DNA from: Alphaproteobacteria bacterium
Lineage (GTDB): Bacteria; Pseudomonadota; Alphaproteobacteria; UBA6615
Direction of reading: 5' to 3'
NCBI GenBank assembly: GCA_965261975.1
Contig: CBDHEC010000010.1
Location: 25,030-89,029 of the forward strand
Length of the DNA stretch: 64,000 nt
Shown here: positions 1-9,816 of the stretch, piece after piece
How the letters are laid out: each line of letters begins with the position of its first letter
How positions within the stretch are numbered: the first letter of the stretch is position 1
The notes under the pieces: generated by a model
What the model was told of the DNA's origin: nothing
The model's input: only the letters and a program-made list of their open reading frames with translations
Databases searched by the model: none
Translations under genes and position numbers: made by a program

Positions 1-355
1 AACCCGTGACATCGGCGGGATGCATCGTCGGCCAGTATTCCAACTCGCACGGGATCGTGCGCGTGAATTCAACCGCGCGATGCTGTGCCTGGGGGGTGAA
101 GGTGATGATCAGGTCCACAGAATCGTCGGGCAGGTCGTCGAAGCTCTTGGCCTGATGCGCGGAGATATCGAGGCCGATCTCCTGCATCGCGGCAACGGCG
201 AACGGATCGGCCTCTTCCCCGTTCGGGCGTACTCCGGCGCTGTCGACATAAACCCGGTGCCCCACCAGGTGTTTCATGATCGCCTCGGCCATGACCGACC
301 GGATGGTGTTGCGATCGCATGCAAACAAGACGCTTCCTGGCAGGCCTTCGGTCAT
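1..355 (-). CDS. Low-molecular-weight phosphatase / ArsC-like protein (3' end runs off the window)
   Basis: Manual translation from ATG at 355: MTEGLPGSVLFACDRNTIRSVMAEA...VDSAG, with the CxxNxxRS P-loop. Not in the ORF track. Usual neighbour of UPF0262/hisD. Confidence 0.85.
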   Translation of the reverse strand, partial: MTEGLPGSVLFACDRNTIRSVMAEAIMKHLVGHRVYVDSAGVRPNGEEADPFAVAAMQEIGLDISAHQAKSFDDLPDDSVDLIITFTPQAQHRAVEFTRTIPCELEYWPTMHPADVTG

Positions 356-357
356 GG

Positions 358-849
358 TCAGGCCCGGATATGCAGCGCGCAGATCAGCGTGAACAGCCGC
401 CGCGAGGTGTCGTGATCGATGGTGATACGGCCGTCCAACAATTCGCGCAGCTGGTCCGAGCCTTCATTGTGCAGGCCGCGGCGACCCATATCGAGCGCCT
501 CGATCTGCGCGGGAGACGAAGACCGGATCGCTTCGTAGTAGCTTTCGCAGACCGTGAAATAGTCCTTGATGACCTTGCGGAACGGGGTCATCGGCAGCGA
601 CAGCGCGCCGACAGCCATCCCGGATTCACTCGTGATGTCGAATTGAAGCTGGCGGCCCTGGGTCCGCAGCACCAGAACGAATGGCCCGCCGGGCCCATCG
701 CCGAAGCAAGCCTGATCGGGTGCGAAAACATTGGCCTCGATCAGGTCATAGATCGCGACCTCGATTTCGCGTTCCACATCCGGATGGAACCGCACGACAC
801 CGGGATTATCGATCTCGACCCGCGCGATCCTGTTATCGGATTCACCCAT
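358..849 (-). CDS. UPF0262 family protein
   Basis: VEREIEVAIYDLIEAN and IEALDMGRRGLHNEGS motifs; downstream of hisD. Confidence 0.9.
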   Translation of the reverse strand: MGESDNRIARVEIDNPGVVRFHPDVEREIEVAIYDLIEANVFAPDQACFGDGPGGPFVLVLRTQGRQLQFDITSESGMAVGALSLPMTPFRKVIKDYFTVCESYYEAIRSSSPAQIEALDMGRRGLHNEGSDQLRELLDGRITIDHDTSRRLFTLICALHIRA

Positions 850-867
850 GGCAGATCCGGCGCCGGC

Positions 868-2187
868 TCAGTCGTCGTCTGTTCGGGGGTCTGGGTCGCC
901 CGTGAGCCGCACCTCGACCGCCCGCGCATGGGCCTCGAGCCCCTCGGCGCGCGCAAGCGTCATCGCCGGGCCGGCGAGCGCGCGAAAGCTCTCCTCATTG
1001 GCCTGGAACATCGAGCTGCGTTTCATGAAATCGAGCACGCCGAGGCCCGACGAAAACCGTGCCGTACGCGCCGTGGGCAACACATGGTTCGGCCCCGCCA
1101 GATAGTCACCCAGCACTTCGGGTGCATAGGCGCCGAGGAATATCGACCCGGCGTTGCGAATCTCGCTCTCCAGCGCTTCCGCGCGCGGTCCGATCAGCTC
1201 CAGATGCTCCGGTGCCATGCGGTCGATCAACGCCACCGCGTCGGCCAGGTCAGGCAAAAGGATCGTCGCGCCGAAGGTCGTCCAGCTCTCCCCCGCGATC
1301 TCATGGCGCGGCAACTCGGGAATCTGGCGCAGGACTTCCGCCTCCACGGCGTCGGCGAACGCGGCGTCGTCGGTCATCAGCACCGATTGGGCGCTCGTAT
1401 CATGTTCGGCCTGGCTCAGGAGATCGGCCGCGACCCAAGCGGGGTTCGCGGACGCCTCCGCGACCACCAGAATCTCCGACGGGCCGGCAATCATGTCGAT
1501 CCCCACGACACCGAAGACCTGCCGCTTGGCCTCGGCCACATAGGCGTTACCGGGCCCGACGATCTTGTCGACGGGCGCGATACTGTCCGTGCCATAGGCC
1601 AGGGCGGCGACGGCCTGGGCGCCGCCCACGCGATATATTTCATCGACACCGGCGATGTCGGCTGCGGCCAGCACCAGCGGGTTCAAGACCCCGTCCGGCG
1701 ACGGCACGACCATGACGATGCGTTCGACCCCGGCAACGTGCGCAGGCACGGCGTTCATCAAAACGGAAGATGGATAGGCCGCCGTCCCGCCGGGTACATA
1801 AAGCCCCGCCGCGGCGACCGGGCGCCAGCGGCTGACGAGCCTGACCCCCAGATCGTCGACATAGTCGAAATCACCAGATCGCTGGTTCTCATGGTAGGCG
1901 ACGATGCGGGCGCGCGCCGTCTCAAGGGCCGCGAGCGCGTCGGCATCACAAGCCGCCCGCGCCGCCGCGATCTCGTCGGCGGTGACACGCAAACCGTCTG
2001 CGGAAAGGCGCAGGCGATCGAACTTCTCGGTCAGCGCCAGGAGTGCGGCATCGCCCTCCGCCTTCACCCGGGCGATGATGGCCTCGACATCGCCGCGCAC
2101 ATCGACCCCGGCCTCGCGCCGCTCGGCCAGCAAGGCGGCAAACGACGTGTCGAAATCCGGTCGCGCGGCGTCCAGCCTACGCGACAT
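868..2187 (-). CDS. hisD: Histidinol dehydrogenase
   Basis: [36 protein letters not shown] and GPNHVLPT motifs; start moved to MSRRLD at 2187. Confidence 0.97.
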   Translation of the reverse strand: MSRRLDAARPDFDTSFAALLAERREAGVDVRGDVEAIIARVKAEGDAALLALTEKFDRLRLSADGLRVTADEIAAARAACDADALAALETARARIVAYHENQRSGDFDYVDDLGVRLVSRWRPVAAAGLYVPGGTAAYPSSVLMNAVPAHVAGVERIVMVVPSPDGVLNPLVLAAADIAGVDEIYRVGGAQAVAALAYGTDSIAPVDKIVGPGNAYVAEAKRQVFGVVGIDMIAGPSEILVVAEASANPAWVAADLLSQAEHDTSAQSVLMTDDAAFADAVEAEVLRQIPELPRHEIAGESWTTFGATILLPDLADAVALIDRMAPEHLELIGPRAEALESEIRNAGSIFLGAYAPEVLGDYLAGPNHVLPTARTARFSSGLGVLDFMKRSSMFQANEESFRALAGPAMTLARAEGLEAHARAVEVRLTGDPDPRTDDD

Positions 2188-2854
2188 CTCGGGCTTCCTG
2201 CGCGGCATCGCGGAACCGGTCGATCCAGCCCGTCATCTCCGTCGCGCGGGTCTTCAGGGCCGCACGGTTGACCACGAGGCGCGAACTGATCTCCGCGATC
2301 GTCTCGATCTCCACCAGCCCGTTGGCTTTGAGGGTGGAGCCGGTCGAGACCAGGTCGACGATGCGCCGGCACAGGCCGAGCGACGGGGCCAGCTCGATGG
2401 CACCATTCAGCTTGATGCATTCGGCCTGAACGCCACGCCGGGCAAAGTAATCCTGGGTCATGTTCGGATATTTGGTGGCCACGCGCACATGGCTCCAGCG
2501 CGCCGGATCGTCCACCGCGACGACGGATTGCGGCGCGGCCACGGCCAGTCGGCACGCGCCGATGCCAAGATCGATCGGCGCGTAGAGTTCGGGATAGTCG
2601 AACTCCATGATCACGTCGCTGCCGGCGACACCGAAATACGCCGCTCCGAATGCCACGAAGGTTGCCACATCGAAGGCACGCACACGAATGATGTCCACGC
2701 CCGGCACCGAGGTCTCGAACCGCAGCAGGCGCGACTTGGGATCATGGAACGCAGGCTCGGGCTCGATGCCCACATGCTCGAGCAACGGCATCACTTCACC
2801 CAGGATTCGGCCTTTCGGCAGGGCAAGAATAAGCTTCTCGGTCTTTGTCGCCAC
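2177..2854 (-). CDS. hisG: ATP phosphoribosyltransferase (short form)
   Basis: [28 protein letters not shown] motifs. Confidence 0.96.
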   Translation of the reverse strand: MATKTEKLILALPKGRILGEVMPLLEHVGIEPEPAFHDPKSRLLRFETSVPGVDIIRVRAFDVATFVAFGAAYFGVAGSDVIMEFDYPELYAPIDLGIGACRLAVAAPQSVVAVDDPARWSHVRVATKYPNMTQDYFARRGVQAECIKLNGAIELAPSLGLCRRIVDLVSTGSTLKANGLVEIETIAEISSRLVVNRAALKTRATEMTGWIDRFRDAAQEARDVA

Positions 2855-2929
2855 GTCACACCTTCCAGGGACCGCAACTCGATGCTACCCGGCGCCACAA
2901 GCGCACGGCTTGCGACAACGAGGCGGCTT

Positions 2930-3385
2930 TTATTGGTCCGCGTGCTCGGGCCGCCACTGGGTCGGCCACGCTTCGCCGAAATCCTCCAGATGACAGAGGA
3001 GTCCGGTCGTTTGCAGCCGAATAGCCGTATCTCCGGAGAAGGTCAATTGTACCGTGGGTCCATCTCCGCCGGCTTCGAGCTCGCAGGAGATGGCGAGGAG
3101 ATTCAAAAACCTGCCCCGCGCGGTGAAATCGATGCCGCGGCGCTTGACGTCAATTACGTTCGAGAAGGTGACGCCGGAGTTGATTCGCTCGGCATGTTCG
3201 CCAGGGCCGGATGCGTCGACAGCTTCCCATTTGAACCGGTTGGCCACAAACACGAAACGTCGCTCATCGGGTTCGAAGGCAATGTCACCGATGGGCAGGA
3301 TCGCGTCCTGCAGCGCCCCGGAGACAACCGCCAGGTCCTTTTCATCCGTGGCGGCAAGCTTCAGCGGGGATGCTGCGGCGGACAT
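2930..3385 (-). CDS. DUF2948 family protein
   Basis: LKLAATDEKDLAVVSGALQDA and NRFKWE; typical position after murA. Confidence 0.85.
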   Translation of the reverse strand: MSAAASPLKLAATDEKDLAVVSGALQDAILPIGDIAFEPDERRFVFVANRFKWEAVDASGPGEHAERINSGVTFSNVIDVKRRGIDFTARGRFLNLLAISCELEAGGDGPTVQLTFSGDTAIRLQTTGLLCHLEDFGEAWPTQWRPEHADQ

Positions 3386-4674
3386 CAATCGTCCTCGACC
3401 CGCTCGACATCGGCCCCGACAAGCCGGAGTTTCTCCTCGAGGCGCTCATAGCCGCGATCGAGATGATAGATCCGCCGAACCTCGGTGACACCGTCGGCGA
3501 CGAGCCCTGCGACCACCAACGACGCGCTGGCCCGCAGATCAGACGCCATCACCGGTGCACCGTTGAGCTGGTCGACCCCGCGCACGACCGCCGTGTTGCC
3601 TTGAATGGTGATGTCCGCACCCATCCGCTGCAGCTCCGGCACATGCATGAAACGATTCTCGAAGATCGTCTCGGTGATGACGGAGGCCCCGTTCGCGGTC
3701 GTCATCAGGGCCAGGAACTGCGCCTGCAGGTCGGTGGGAAACCCGGGATAGGGATCGGTTTCGACGTCCACGGCCAGCAAATCGCTGTCCGCACGGCTGA
3801 CGAAGACGCCGCCATCACGCGCCTCGATGGTTGTACCGGTCTTGCGCAGCTGCGCGGCCGCGGCCTCGATATGGTCGAGCCGCGCCCCTTCAAGCTGCAC
3901 CGTGCCGCCGGTGATTGCGGCGGCCATGGCATAGGTCCCTGCCTCGATCCGGTCGGGCATGATCGAATGTTCGGCCCCGTGCAGGCGATCGACGCCCTGG
4001 ACCGTAAGGGTCGCGGTGCCGACCCCGTCAATCTTCGCGCCCATCGCGATCAGACATTCGCACAGATCGGTGATTTCCGGCTCGCGCGCGGCGTTCTCGA
4101 AAATCGTCTCGCCGGTCGCCAGGCATGCAGCGAGAAGCAGGTTTTCTGTCGCGCCCACCGAGACCTTCGGGAACACATAACGCGCACCGCGCAGCCCCTT
4201 GGGCGCACTGGCGCGGATGTAGCCGGCCTCGACCTCGATCTCCGCCCCCAGCGCCTCCAGCCCCGACAGGTGGATATCGACAGGCCGGGTCCCGATGGCG
4301 CAACCGCCCGGAAGGGACACGGTCGCCACGCCTTCGCGGGCCACGATCGGCCCGAGCACGAGCACCGAGGCGCGCATACGGCGCACCAGGTCGTAGGGTG
4401 CGGTGGTGCTCGTAATCTTCCCGGCCTTGAGCGACATGACCCGGCCCACATGGCCACCATTGTCGGCATGCCCTTCCAGCGACACGAGCGCTCCGTGCTG
4501 CCCCAGAAGGTTCGCCATTGTGGTGATGTCGGCAAGGTGCGGCACGTTCGACAAGACGAGTGCTTCGTCAGTCAGCAAGCTCGCAGCCATCAGTGGCAGT
4601 GCCGCGTTCTTGGCGCCGCCAATACGAATGACACCGTTCAGCGTCTGGCCACCCCGGATCCTGATTTTGTCCAT
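3385..4674 (-). CDS. murA: UDP-N-acetylglucosamine 1-carboxyvinyltransferase
   Basis: [37 protein letters not shown] and HLDRGYE motifs. Confidence 0.98.
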   Translation of the reverse strand: MDKIRIRGGQTLNGVIRIGGAKNAALPLMAASLLTDEALVLSNVPHLADITTMANLLGQHGALVSLEGHADNGGHVGRVMSLKAGKITSTTAPYDLVRRMRASVLVLGPIVAREGVATVSLPGGCAIGTRPVDIHLSGLEALGAEIEVEAGYIRASAPKGLRGARYVFPKVSVGATENLLLAACLATGETIFENAAREPEITDLCECLIAMGAKIDGVGTATLTVQGVDRLHGAEHSIMPDRIEAGTYAMAAAITGGTVQLEGARLDHIEAAAAQLRKTGTTIEARDGGVFVSRADSDLLAVDVETDPYPGFPTDLQAQFLALMTTANGASVITETIFENRFMHVPELQRMGADITIQGNTAVVRGVDQLNGAPVMASDLRASASLVVAGLVADGVTEVRRIYHLDRGYERLEEKLRLVGADVERVEDD

Positions 4675-4769
4675 CGTGTTTCGTTACCGGCTGTGGTTGC
4701 GGGAGGATTGCCGAATAGTCGGTGAATGCGGCAATTGCGTGTCGTCGACGGGAAAACAGCCCGCCATCA

Positions 4770-5324
4770 TCAGAGTTTGGGTACCGTGATGCCGCGCTGA
4801 TGCATGTATTTACCCTTGCGGTCCGCATAGGACACTTCCGGTTCACCCTCACCCTTGAGGAACAGGAACTGGCACGCACCCTCGTTGGCATAAATCTTCG
4901 CCGGCAGCGGTGTGGTGTTGGAAAACTCCAGGGTCACATGACCCTCCCATTCCGGCTCCAGCGGCGTCACGTTCACGATAATGCCGCAGCGCGCATAGGT
5001 GGACTTGCCGAGGCAAATCACCAGGGTGTCGCGGGGAATGCGGAAATACTCGACCGTGCGGGCCAGCGCGAAGGAGTTCGGCGGGATGATGCAGACATCG
5101 GTCTCACGGTCCACGAAGCTCTCTTCGTTGAAATTCTTCGGATCGACCGTGGCCGAATGAACGTTGGTGAAGATCTTGAACTCGCCCGACACACGCGCGT
5201 CATACCCGTAGGACGACAAGCCATAGGAAATGACCCCCTCGCGCGTCTGCGCATCGACGAACGGCTCAATCATGCCGCTTTCCTGAGACATCTGGCGGAT
5301 CCAGCTATCGGGCATGATCGGCAT
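4770..5324 (-). CDS. dcd: dCTP deaminase
   Basis: [29 protein letters not shown]; start MPIMPD at 5324 gives 184 aa. Confidence 0.96.
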   Translation of the reverse strand: MPIMPDSWIRQMSQESGMIEPFVDAQTREGVISYGLSSYGYDARVSGEFKIFTNVHSATVDPKNFNEESFVDRETDVCIIPPNSFALARTVEYFRIPRDTLVICLGKSTYARCGIIVNVTPLEPEWEGHVTLEFSNTTPLPAKIYANEGACQFLFLKGEGEPEVSYADRKGKYMHQRGITVPKL

Positions 5325-5464
5325 GCAATAAACCCCCAAGGACAAGCAACGGACTCGACGGCCACCCGCCAAGACCCGGTCTCGCCTTGTAACCGATGGC
5401 CGAAGGCCTCTCAAGCATGCCCGGTGGATAACAAATTCACATTTAATTTCAGCATGTTACCAGT

Positions 5465-5632
5465 CTATTCGTCGTCGGGACCGGTTCCGGAGTCGGGTGT
5501 TAGCGAATTGCGCTCCCGGCGCTGGGCATTGCGCTTGCGCAGGTTCTCGCGCAACGCCGCCGCCTGACGGGCCTCGCGGGCGCGTTCGCTCTCGGTCTGT
5601 CCGGTCTTATTCGGGGTCTTCTTGTCGGTCAT
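5465..5632 (-). CDS. Small basic hypothetical protein (55 aa)
   Basis: Manual translation MTDKKTPNKTGQTESERAREARQAAALRENLRKRNAQRRERN...; AALRENLRKR resembles the small ORF often found upstream of murA in Alphaproteobacteria. Confidence 0.65.
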   Translation of the reverse strand: MTDKKTPNKTGQTESERAREARQAAALRENLRKRNAQRRERNSLTPDSGTGPDDE

Positions 5633-5644
5633 TCGTCGGCGCGC

Positions 5645-6034
5645 CTATTTGCTGTGGGACGCGACGACTTCAATCTCGACCTTCCAGTTCGGCGCCGCCA
5701 GCGCCGGCACCATCACCAGGGTGGACGCCGCCGCATGGCCTTCCATCCAGCTGTCGCGAATATCGCGAAAGCCGCCGACGTCGCCCGCGTCTGTCAGATA
5801 GGCATTGAGGCGCACGAGATCGGACATCTGCATATCCATGGCCGTAAGCGCAGCCTTGATATTGCGAAACACCTGATCGCACTGACCGGCGAAATCATCC
5901 GGGCAATTGCCTTCGGTATCGATGCCGACCTGGCCCGAGAGGAACACCAGCCGCGTGCCCTCGGGCACCTCGACGATGTGGCTGTAATTGCTCGCCGGTG
6001 CGGGCAACGTATCGGGGTTCACGAGATTGAGCAT
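5645..6034 (-). CDS. RidA/YjgF family protein
   Basis: YSHIVEV, VFLSGQVG, WKVEIEVVA; start MLNLVNP after GGAGG. Confidence 0.9.
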   Translation of the reverse strand: MLNLVNPDTLPAPASNYSHIVEVPEGTRLVFLSGQVGIDTEGNCPDDFAGQCDQVFRNIKAALTAMDMQMSDLVRLNAYLTDAGDVGGFRDIRDSWMEGHAAASTLVMVPALAAPNWKVEIEVVASHSK

Positions 6035-6063
6035 GACGGCCCTCCGTTGGGTAAAAGGCGCAG

Positions 6064-6501
6064 TTACTCGGCCAGCGTGTCGAAGGCGGTCTTGGCCGCC
6101 TCCGGCGCGAGATCGAGTGCCGCGCAAATCTGATCGATGATCTTGTGCTCGTCCGCACTGTCGCGCCCGTCGGCGAGGCTCATGGCGACGCTGATCCGCA
6201 GCAACAGGTCGGCCGCGCCCTCTTTCTTGGTGCCCGCCTTGATGGTCTTCAGCATCCGGTCGAGACCGGCATCGCCATCGTCCGCCAGCACCGCCACATG
6301 TTCATCGAACGCATCGACGACCTCATGGGGATCGAACAGGCGCAGCTCCGACAGGCTCTCGACCACGGCGTCGAGGCGCGCGCGCTCGGAAAAGCTCACC
6401 TCGCCATCCGACGTGGCAACCAGCGCGCAGGCGGCAGCAACGGCCTCGAGAAAGGGCCGCTGGCGGTGGCGCTGAAGTTCCTTGCGAAAACGGTCGAACA
6501 A
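6064..6501 (-). CDS. TerB family protein
   Basis: AACALVATSDGEVSFSE and ADG...DE...ICAALDL; probable TTG start after GAGG. Confidence 0.8.
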   Translation of the reverse strand: MFDRFRKELQRHRQRPFLEAVAAACALVATSDGEVSFSERARLDAVVESLSELRLFDPHEVVDAFDEHVAVLADDGDAGLDRMLKTIKAGTKKEGAADLLLRISVAMSLADGRDSADEHKIIDQICAALDLAPEAAKTAFDTLAE

Positions 6502-6628
6502 AGCGGTTGCCTCAATGGGATAGCAATCGGGCAGCGGCGGATTTTTGCACGCCACGTTTCGCGCGCCAACCATGGCCTTGCTGCGCGCGAATACCCGTGG
6601 CATAACCCGCGCGCTTTTCGAACATTGT

Positions 6629-6703
6629 GCCGCCGTAGCTCAGGGGTAGAGCGCACCATTGGTAATGGTGAGGTCGAGTGTTCAATTCACTCCGGCGGCA
6701 CCA
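6629..6703 (+). tRNA. tRNA-Thr(GGT)
   Basis: Acceptor GCCGCCG/CGGCGGC, anticodon stem CACCA/TGGTG with loop TTGGTAA, T-arm GAGTG-TTCAATT-CACTC, encoded CCA. Confidence 0.97.
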
Positions 6704-6720
6704 TCGAAACTCCCGCAAAC

Positions 6721-8451
6721 TCAGAAAATCTCCGGCTCCGGGATGAGCTCTCCGGCGTGCAGGAAGTCGAAGTCGCAGCCCCGGTTCGCCTGGGTGACAT
6801 GTTCCGCATACATGGAGACGTAGCCGCGCTCGGGGATCCGCTTGCGCGGCGTCCAGTCGGCCCGGCGTTGGGCGAGTTCTTCGGCGCTCACATCCAGATC
6901 GATTTTGCGGCCTTCCACATCCAGCGTGATCATGTCGCCGTCGCGCACCAACGCCAGCGGCCCGCCCACATGGGCCTCCGGCGCGACATGCAACACGCAG
7001 GTCCCGTAGCTGGTGCCGGACATGCGGGCGTCCGAAATGCGCACCATGTCGCGCACGCCCGCCTCGAGCAGCTTCTTCGGGATCGGCAGCTGGCCCCATT
7101 CGGGCATGCCCGGCGCACCCACGGGGCCCGCGTTCTGGAGCACCAGTACCGAATCCGCCGTCACATCCAGGTCCGGATCATCGATGCGCGCGTCGAGATC
7201 GGCGCGGTCGACGAACACGACCGCGGGGCCGGTATGTTTCAGCAATGAGGGGTCCGCAGCGGTCTGTTTGATGACCGCGCCGTCGGGGGCGAGCGTGCCG
7301 GTCAGCACGACCGTCCCGCCGTCGGGCCCGAGCGGGTTGTCCCGGCGGCGGATGACGTCGTCATTGTGGAGCGGCGCCTCGGCCCAGGATTCACCAAGCG
7401 GCCGGCCCGAGACGGTGTTCGCGCTGCCATCAAGCAGGTCGCCCAGCTCACGCATCAAGGCACGCAGCCCGCCCGCATAATAGAAATCCTCCATCAGGTA
7501 TTCGCCCGACGGACGGATGTTGGCAAGCCAGGGCGTGCGCCGGGAGATTTCATCGAAGCGCGACAGCGGGAGATCGACATGCGCGCGGCCCGCCATCGCG
7601 ACCAGGTGGATGATCGCGTTCGTCGAGCCGCCGATGGCCATGTCGACCGTGATCGCGTTGTCGAATGACGCCGCGGTGAGAATCTTGTCGGGCGTCAGGT
7701 CTTCCCAGACCATATCGACGATGCGCCGCCCGGTGGCGGCCGCCATCACGCCGTGATTCGAATCCGGCGCCGGGATCGACGATGCGCCCGGCAGGGTGAG
7801 GCCGAGCGCCTCGGTGATCGACATCATGGTGGCCGCGGTGCCCATGGTCATGCAGGTGCCCGACGAACGCGACGCGCCCGCCAGCACCTCGTCCACCACG
7901 GAGGCGTCCACGTTCCCGGCGCGATACTCGGCGTAATATTTCCAGTGGTCGGTGCCGCTGCCCAGGGTCTCGCCGTTCCAGAAGCCGCGCAGCATCGTGC
8001 CCGCCGGCATATAGATCAGCGGCACACCGGCCGATACAGCCCCCATGATCAGCGCGGGCGTGGTCTTGTCGCAGCCGCCCATCAGCACCACGCCGTCGAC
8101 GGGGTAGGAGCGGATGAGCTCTTCTGCCTCCATCGCCAGCAGGTTGCGATAGAGCATGGTGGTCGGCTTCATCAGGATCTCGCCCAGCGTAATCGCCGAC
8201 ATCTCGACGGGAAAACCGCCGGCCTGGAGCACCCCGCGCTTGATCTGCTCGGCGCGTTCGGGGAAATGGCCGTGACAGGTGTTGAGGTCGGACCAGGTGT
8301 TGACGATGCCGATGACCGGCTTGCCGTCGAAGTCATCCGGGCTGAAGCCCAGCTGGCGCAAACGCCCGCGATGGCTGAAGGCGCGCATGGTCTCGCCATC
8401 GAGCCAGCGCCGGCTGCGGAGTTGATCGGGAGTAATTCTGGTATCGGTCAT
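6721..8451 (-). CDS. IlvD/Edd family dehydratase (sugar-acid / L-arabinonate dehydratase-like)
   Basis: NTCHGH, GGCDKTTP, GTCMTMGTA, GGSTNA, SDARMSGT motifs. Confidence 0.92.
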   Translation of the reverse strand: MTDTRITPDQLRSRRWLDGETMRAFSHRGRLRQLGFSPDDFDGKPVIGIVNTWSDLNTCHGHFPERAEQIKRGVLQAGGFPVEMSAITLGEILMKPTTMLYRNLLAMEAEELIRSYPVDGVVLMGGCDKTTPALIMGAVSAGVPLIYMPAGTMLRGFWNGETLGSGTDHWKYYAEYRAGNVDASVVDEVLAGASRSSGTCMTMGTAATMMSITEALGLTLPGASSIPAPDSNHGVMAAATGRRIVDMVWEDLTPDKILTAASFDNAITVDMAIGGSTNAIIHLVAMAGRAHVDLPLSRFDEISRRTPWLANIRPSGEYLMEDFYYAGGLRALMRELGDLLDGSANTVSGRPLGESWAEAPLHNDDVIRRRDNPLGPDGGTVVLTGTLAPDGAVIKQTAADPSLLKHTGPAVVFVDRADLDARIDDPDLDVTADSVLVLQNAGPVGAPGMPEWGQLPIPKKLLEAGVRDMVRISDARMSGTSYGTCVLHVAPEAHVGGPLALVRDGDMITLDVEGRKIDLDVSAEELAQRRADWTPRKRIPERGYVSMYAEHVTQANRGCDFDFLHAGELIPEPEIF

Positions 8452-8547
8452 GACGAACCCGCGACGAACGGCCCGGTGCGGCCGCCCCTATTCAGTAGCA
8501 AAAGCGAATTCGCGAGTCCCCGCGAAAGGTGAAAGTGCCGCCGGCGC

Positions 8548-9027
8548 TCAACCGGCCAGCCAGAGCCGGACCTCCGCCTCACGGCGGCGAACCAGCCCGG
8601 CCAGCATGCGACCCCGCGCGAATACCCAGCGGCGGAACTGGTCCGGCGCATTCCCATATTCGCCCCTGTTAATGACCCTGCGCAGGGTCGACGCCATGAG
8701 GTTGCCCGAACCGCAGTTGAAGGCGAAATCGATCAACGCGGCTTCCTGTTCCACGGAAAGCGGCACGTCGATCAAACGGTCAACCGAGCCCGCCGCCCGG
8801 GACATATCTTTCATCAGCAATCGAAATGCCGCGTCCCGGTCGGACAACGGCGCCCATCGGGCCAAGTCCGCGTTCGGTTCACGAGACAGAAGATGCCCAT
8901 AGCCAATGGTCGGGTAGCCAACCGGGTCATGATAGGGCTCGAGCGAAAGACCCTCGAAACTCTCGGCCAGAAATGCGGCCTCCGCGAGGGCGGGGTGGCT
9001 CCCGGCATCTCTGGGACCATCGGTCAT
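8548..9027 (-). CDS. Phage-type lysozyme / endolysin (GH24)
   Basis: Intact E-x8-D-x5-T triad (FEGLSLEPYHDPVGYPTIGYGH), FAFNCG, GLVRRREAE; ATGA overlap with the upstream gene. Confidence 0.93.
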   Translation of the reverse strand: MTDGPRDAGSHPALAEAAFLAESFEGLSLEPYHDPVGYPTIGYGHLLSREPNADLARWAPLSDRDAAFRLLMKDMSRAAGSVDRLIDVPLSVEQEAALIDFAFNCGSGNLMASTLRRVINRGEYGNAPDQFRRWVFARGRMLAGLVRRREAEVRLWLAG

Positions 9028-9566
9028 ACGCTGTTGTTCGCCCGCCGGCGGACCCGGTCACCGAACCAGAAGCCAAGAATGACGAATAAAATATCTTGGT
9101 CGAACGCGGTGTAAAAACCGTTCGTCGTGAACACTTCCAACGCCCGGGCCGTGAGCGAATTTGCCGTGTCCTTCGTCCCGAAAATCAGCTGGAACTGTCC
9201 CGCCTTGTGCAGCCCGTAGAGACCAAACACCCAATATGAAACGGTCGGCCGTACCGCCGAGATCAACCAGTCCAGTGCGGCAAACGACATGAATGCCAGG
9301 TTGAATGACCAGCGCCAGACATGATCCTGGTTCGCCGCCGCTTCGAGCAGTTTCACGCCATAGGATTGCCGCGATCGTCGCGCGGAACGCCGGTCAGCGA
9401 GCGCGAACTCGACCTCGAGCTGTTCGAGGCGATAGGCGTGATTCTTTTCTGCCAGCTCTGCCTGCAGGCGCAGCATCTGCGTTTCCTGCCTATGGTCGAT
9501 CCACTGTTTTCCGATACCGAACAGGTCCGGCACGAAAGGCGCGAGAAATCCCAAGATGGCGAGCAT
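9024..9566 (-). CDS. Putative holin (resembles the 3TM GTA-release holin family)
   Basis: Amphipathic N-terminus, coiled coil, VRP motif before a TM helix, C-terminal ILGFWFGDR plus basic tail; GGAGG RBS; coupled to the lysozyme. Confidence 0.7.
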   Translation of the reverse strand: MLAILGFLAPFVPDLFGIGKQWIDHRQETQMLRLQAELAEKNHAYRLEQLEVEFALADRRSARRSRQSYGVKLLEAAANQDHVWRWSFNLAFMSFAALDWLISAVRPTVSYWVFGLYGLHKAGQFQLIFGTKDTANSLTARALEVFTTNGFYTAFDQDILFVILGFWFGDRVRRRANNSV

Positions 9567-9697
9567 TTTTATCCTCCCGACGTCGTGCGCAGTCGCACGC
9601 ATCGGGCGGTGTGCACGGCGCGTTCATCGATGATGGGAACAAAAACAGGAGGAAAGTATTCGAACCGGATATGTGGGTAAAACTTGAAGTGCAGCCG
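9567..9697 (-). promoter_or_regulatory. Holin leader: shared motif CGGCTGCACTTCA, CATCATC-N7-GCGCC element and hairpin over the RBS
   Basis: Plus-strand TGAAGTGCAGCCG at 9685-9697 is identical to 60292-60304; hairpin CCCGA..CGTGCG-CAGT-CGCACG..TCGGG at 9576-9606. Confidence 0.6.
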
Positions 9698-9816
9698 GAC
9701 CGATCGAACGCCGTGCCCGCTCAATCTTTGGCCAAGTTTGACATGTCCCTCTCCGACCAAACATCGTACAACCGGCTTGCTTCCTTCAGCCCGCCTTAAC
9801 CCTTTCCCCTGGGCCC

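Noticed and set aside
319-2271. Long alternative-frame ORFs (319-2271, 38285-40171, 45054-46412, 53478-54965, 58768-59892 and others)
   Set aside because: Antisense shadows of well-supported genes, typical of high-GC DNA, with no recognisable motifs.
5423-5431. DnaA box upstream of dcd (TTATCCACC on the minus strand)
   Set aside because: Single box with one mismatch, no cluster or unwinding element; not an origin.
6064-6501. Tellurite/arsenic resistance island (terB, arsC)
   Set aside because: Isolated family members with no ter or ars operon partners.
6629-6720. tRNA-Thr as attL of an island running to the terminase locus
   Set aside because: I found no duplicate of the tRNA 3' end by eye, there is no integrase, and core genes (glyQS, ppdK, ispB) lie in between.
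8530-8543. Third copy of the shared leader motif (TGAAAGTGCCGCCG)
   Set aside because: Needs an insertion and a mismatch and lacks the AAAAC, CATnATC and hairpin parts; plausible by chance in GC-rich DNA.
9637-9651. Alphaproteobacterial LexA box (GAAC-N7-GAAC) in the holin leader
   Set aside because: The second half-site reads GGAG (two mismatches), so SOS control is not supported.
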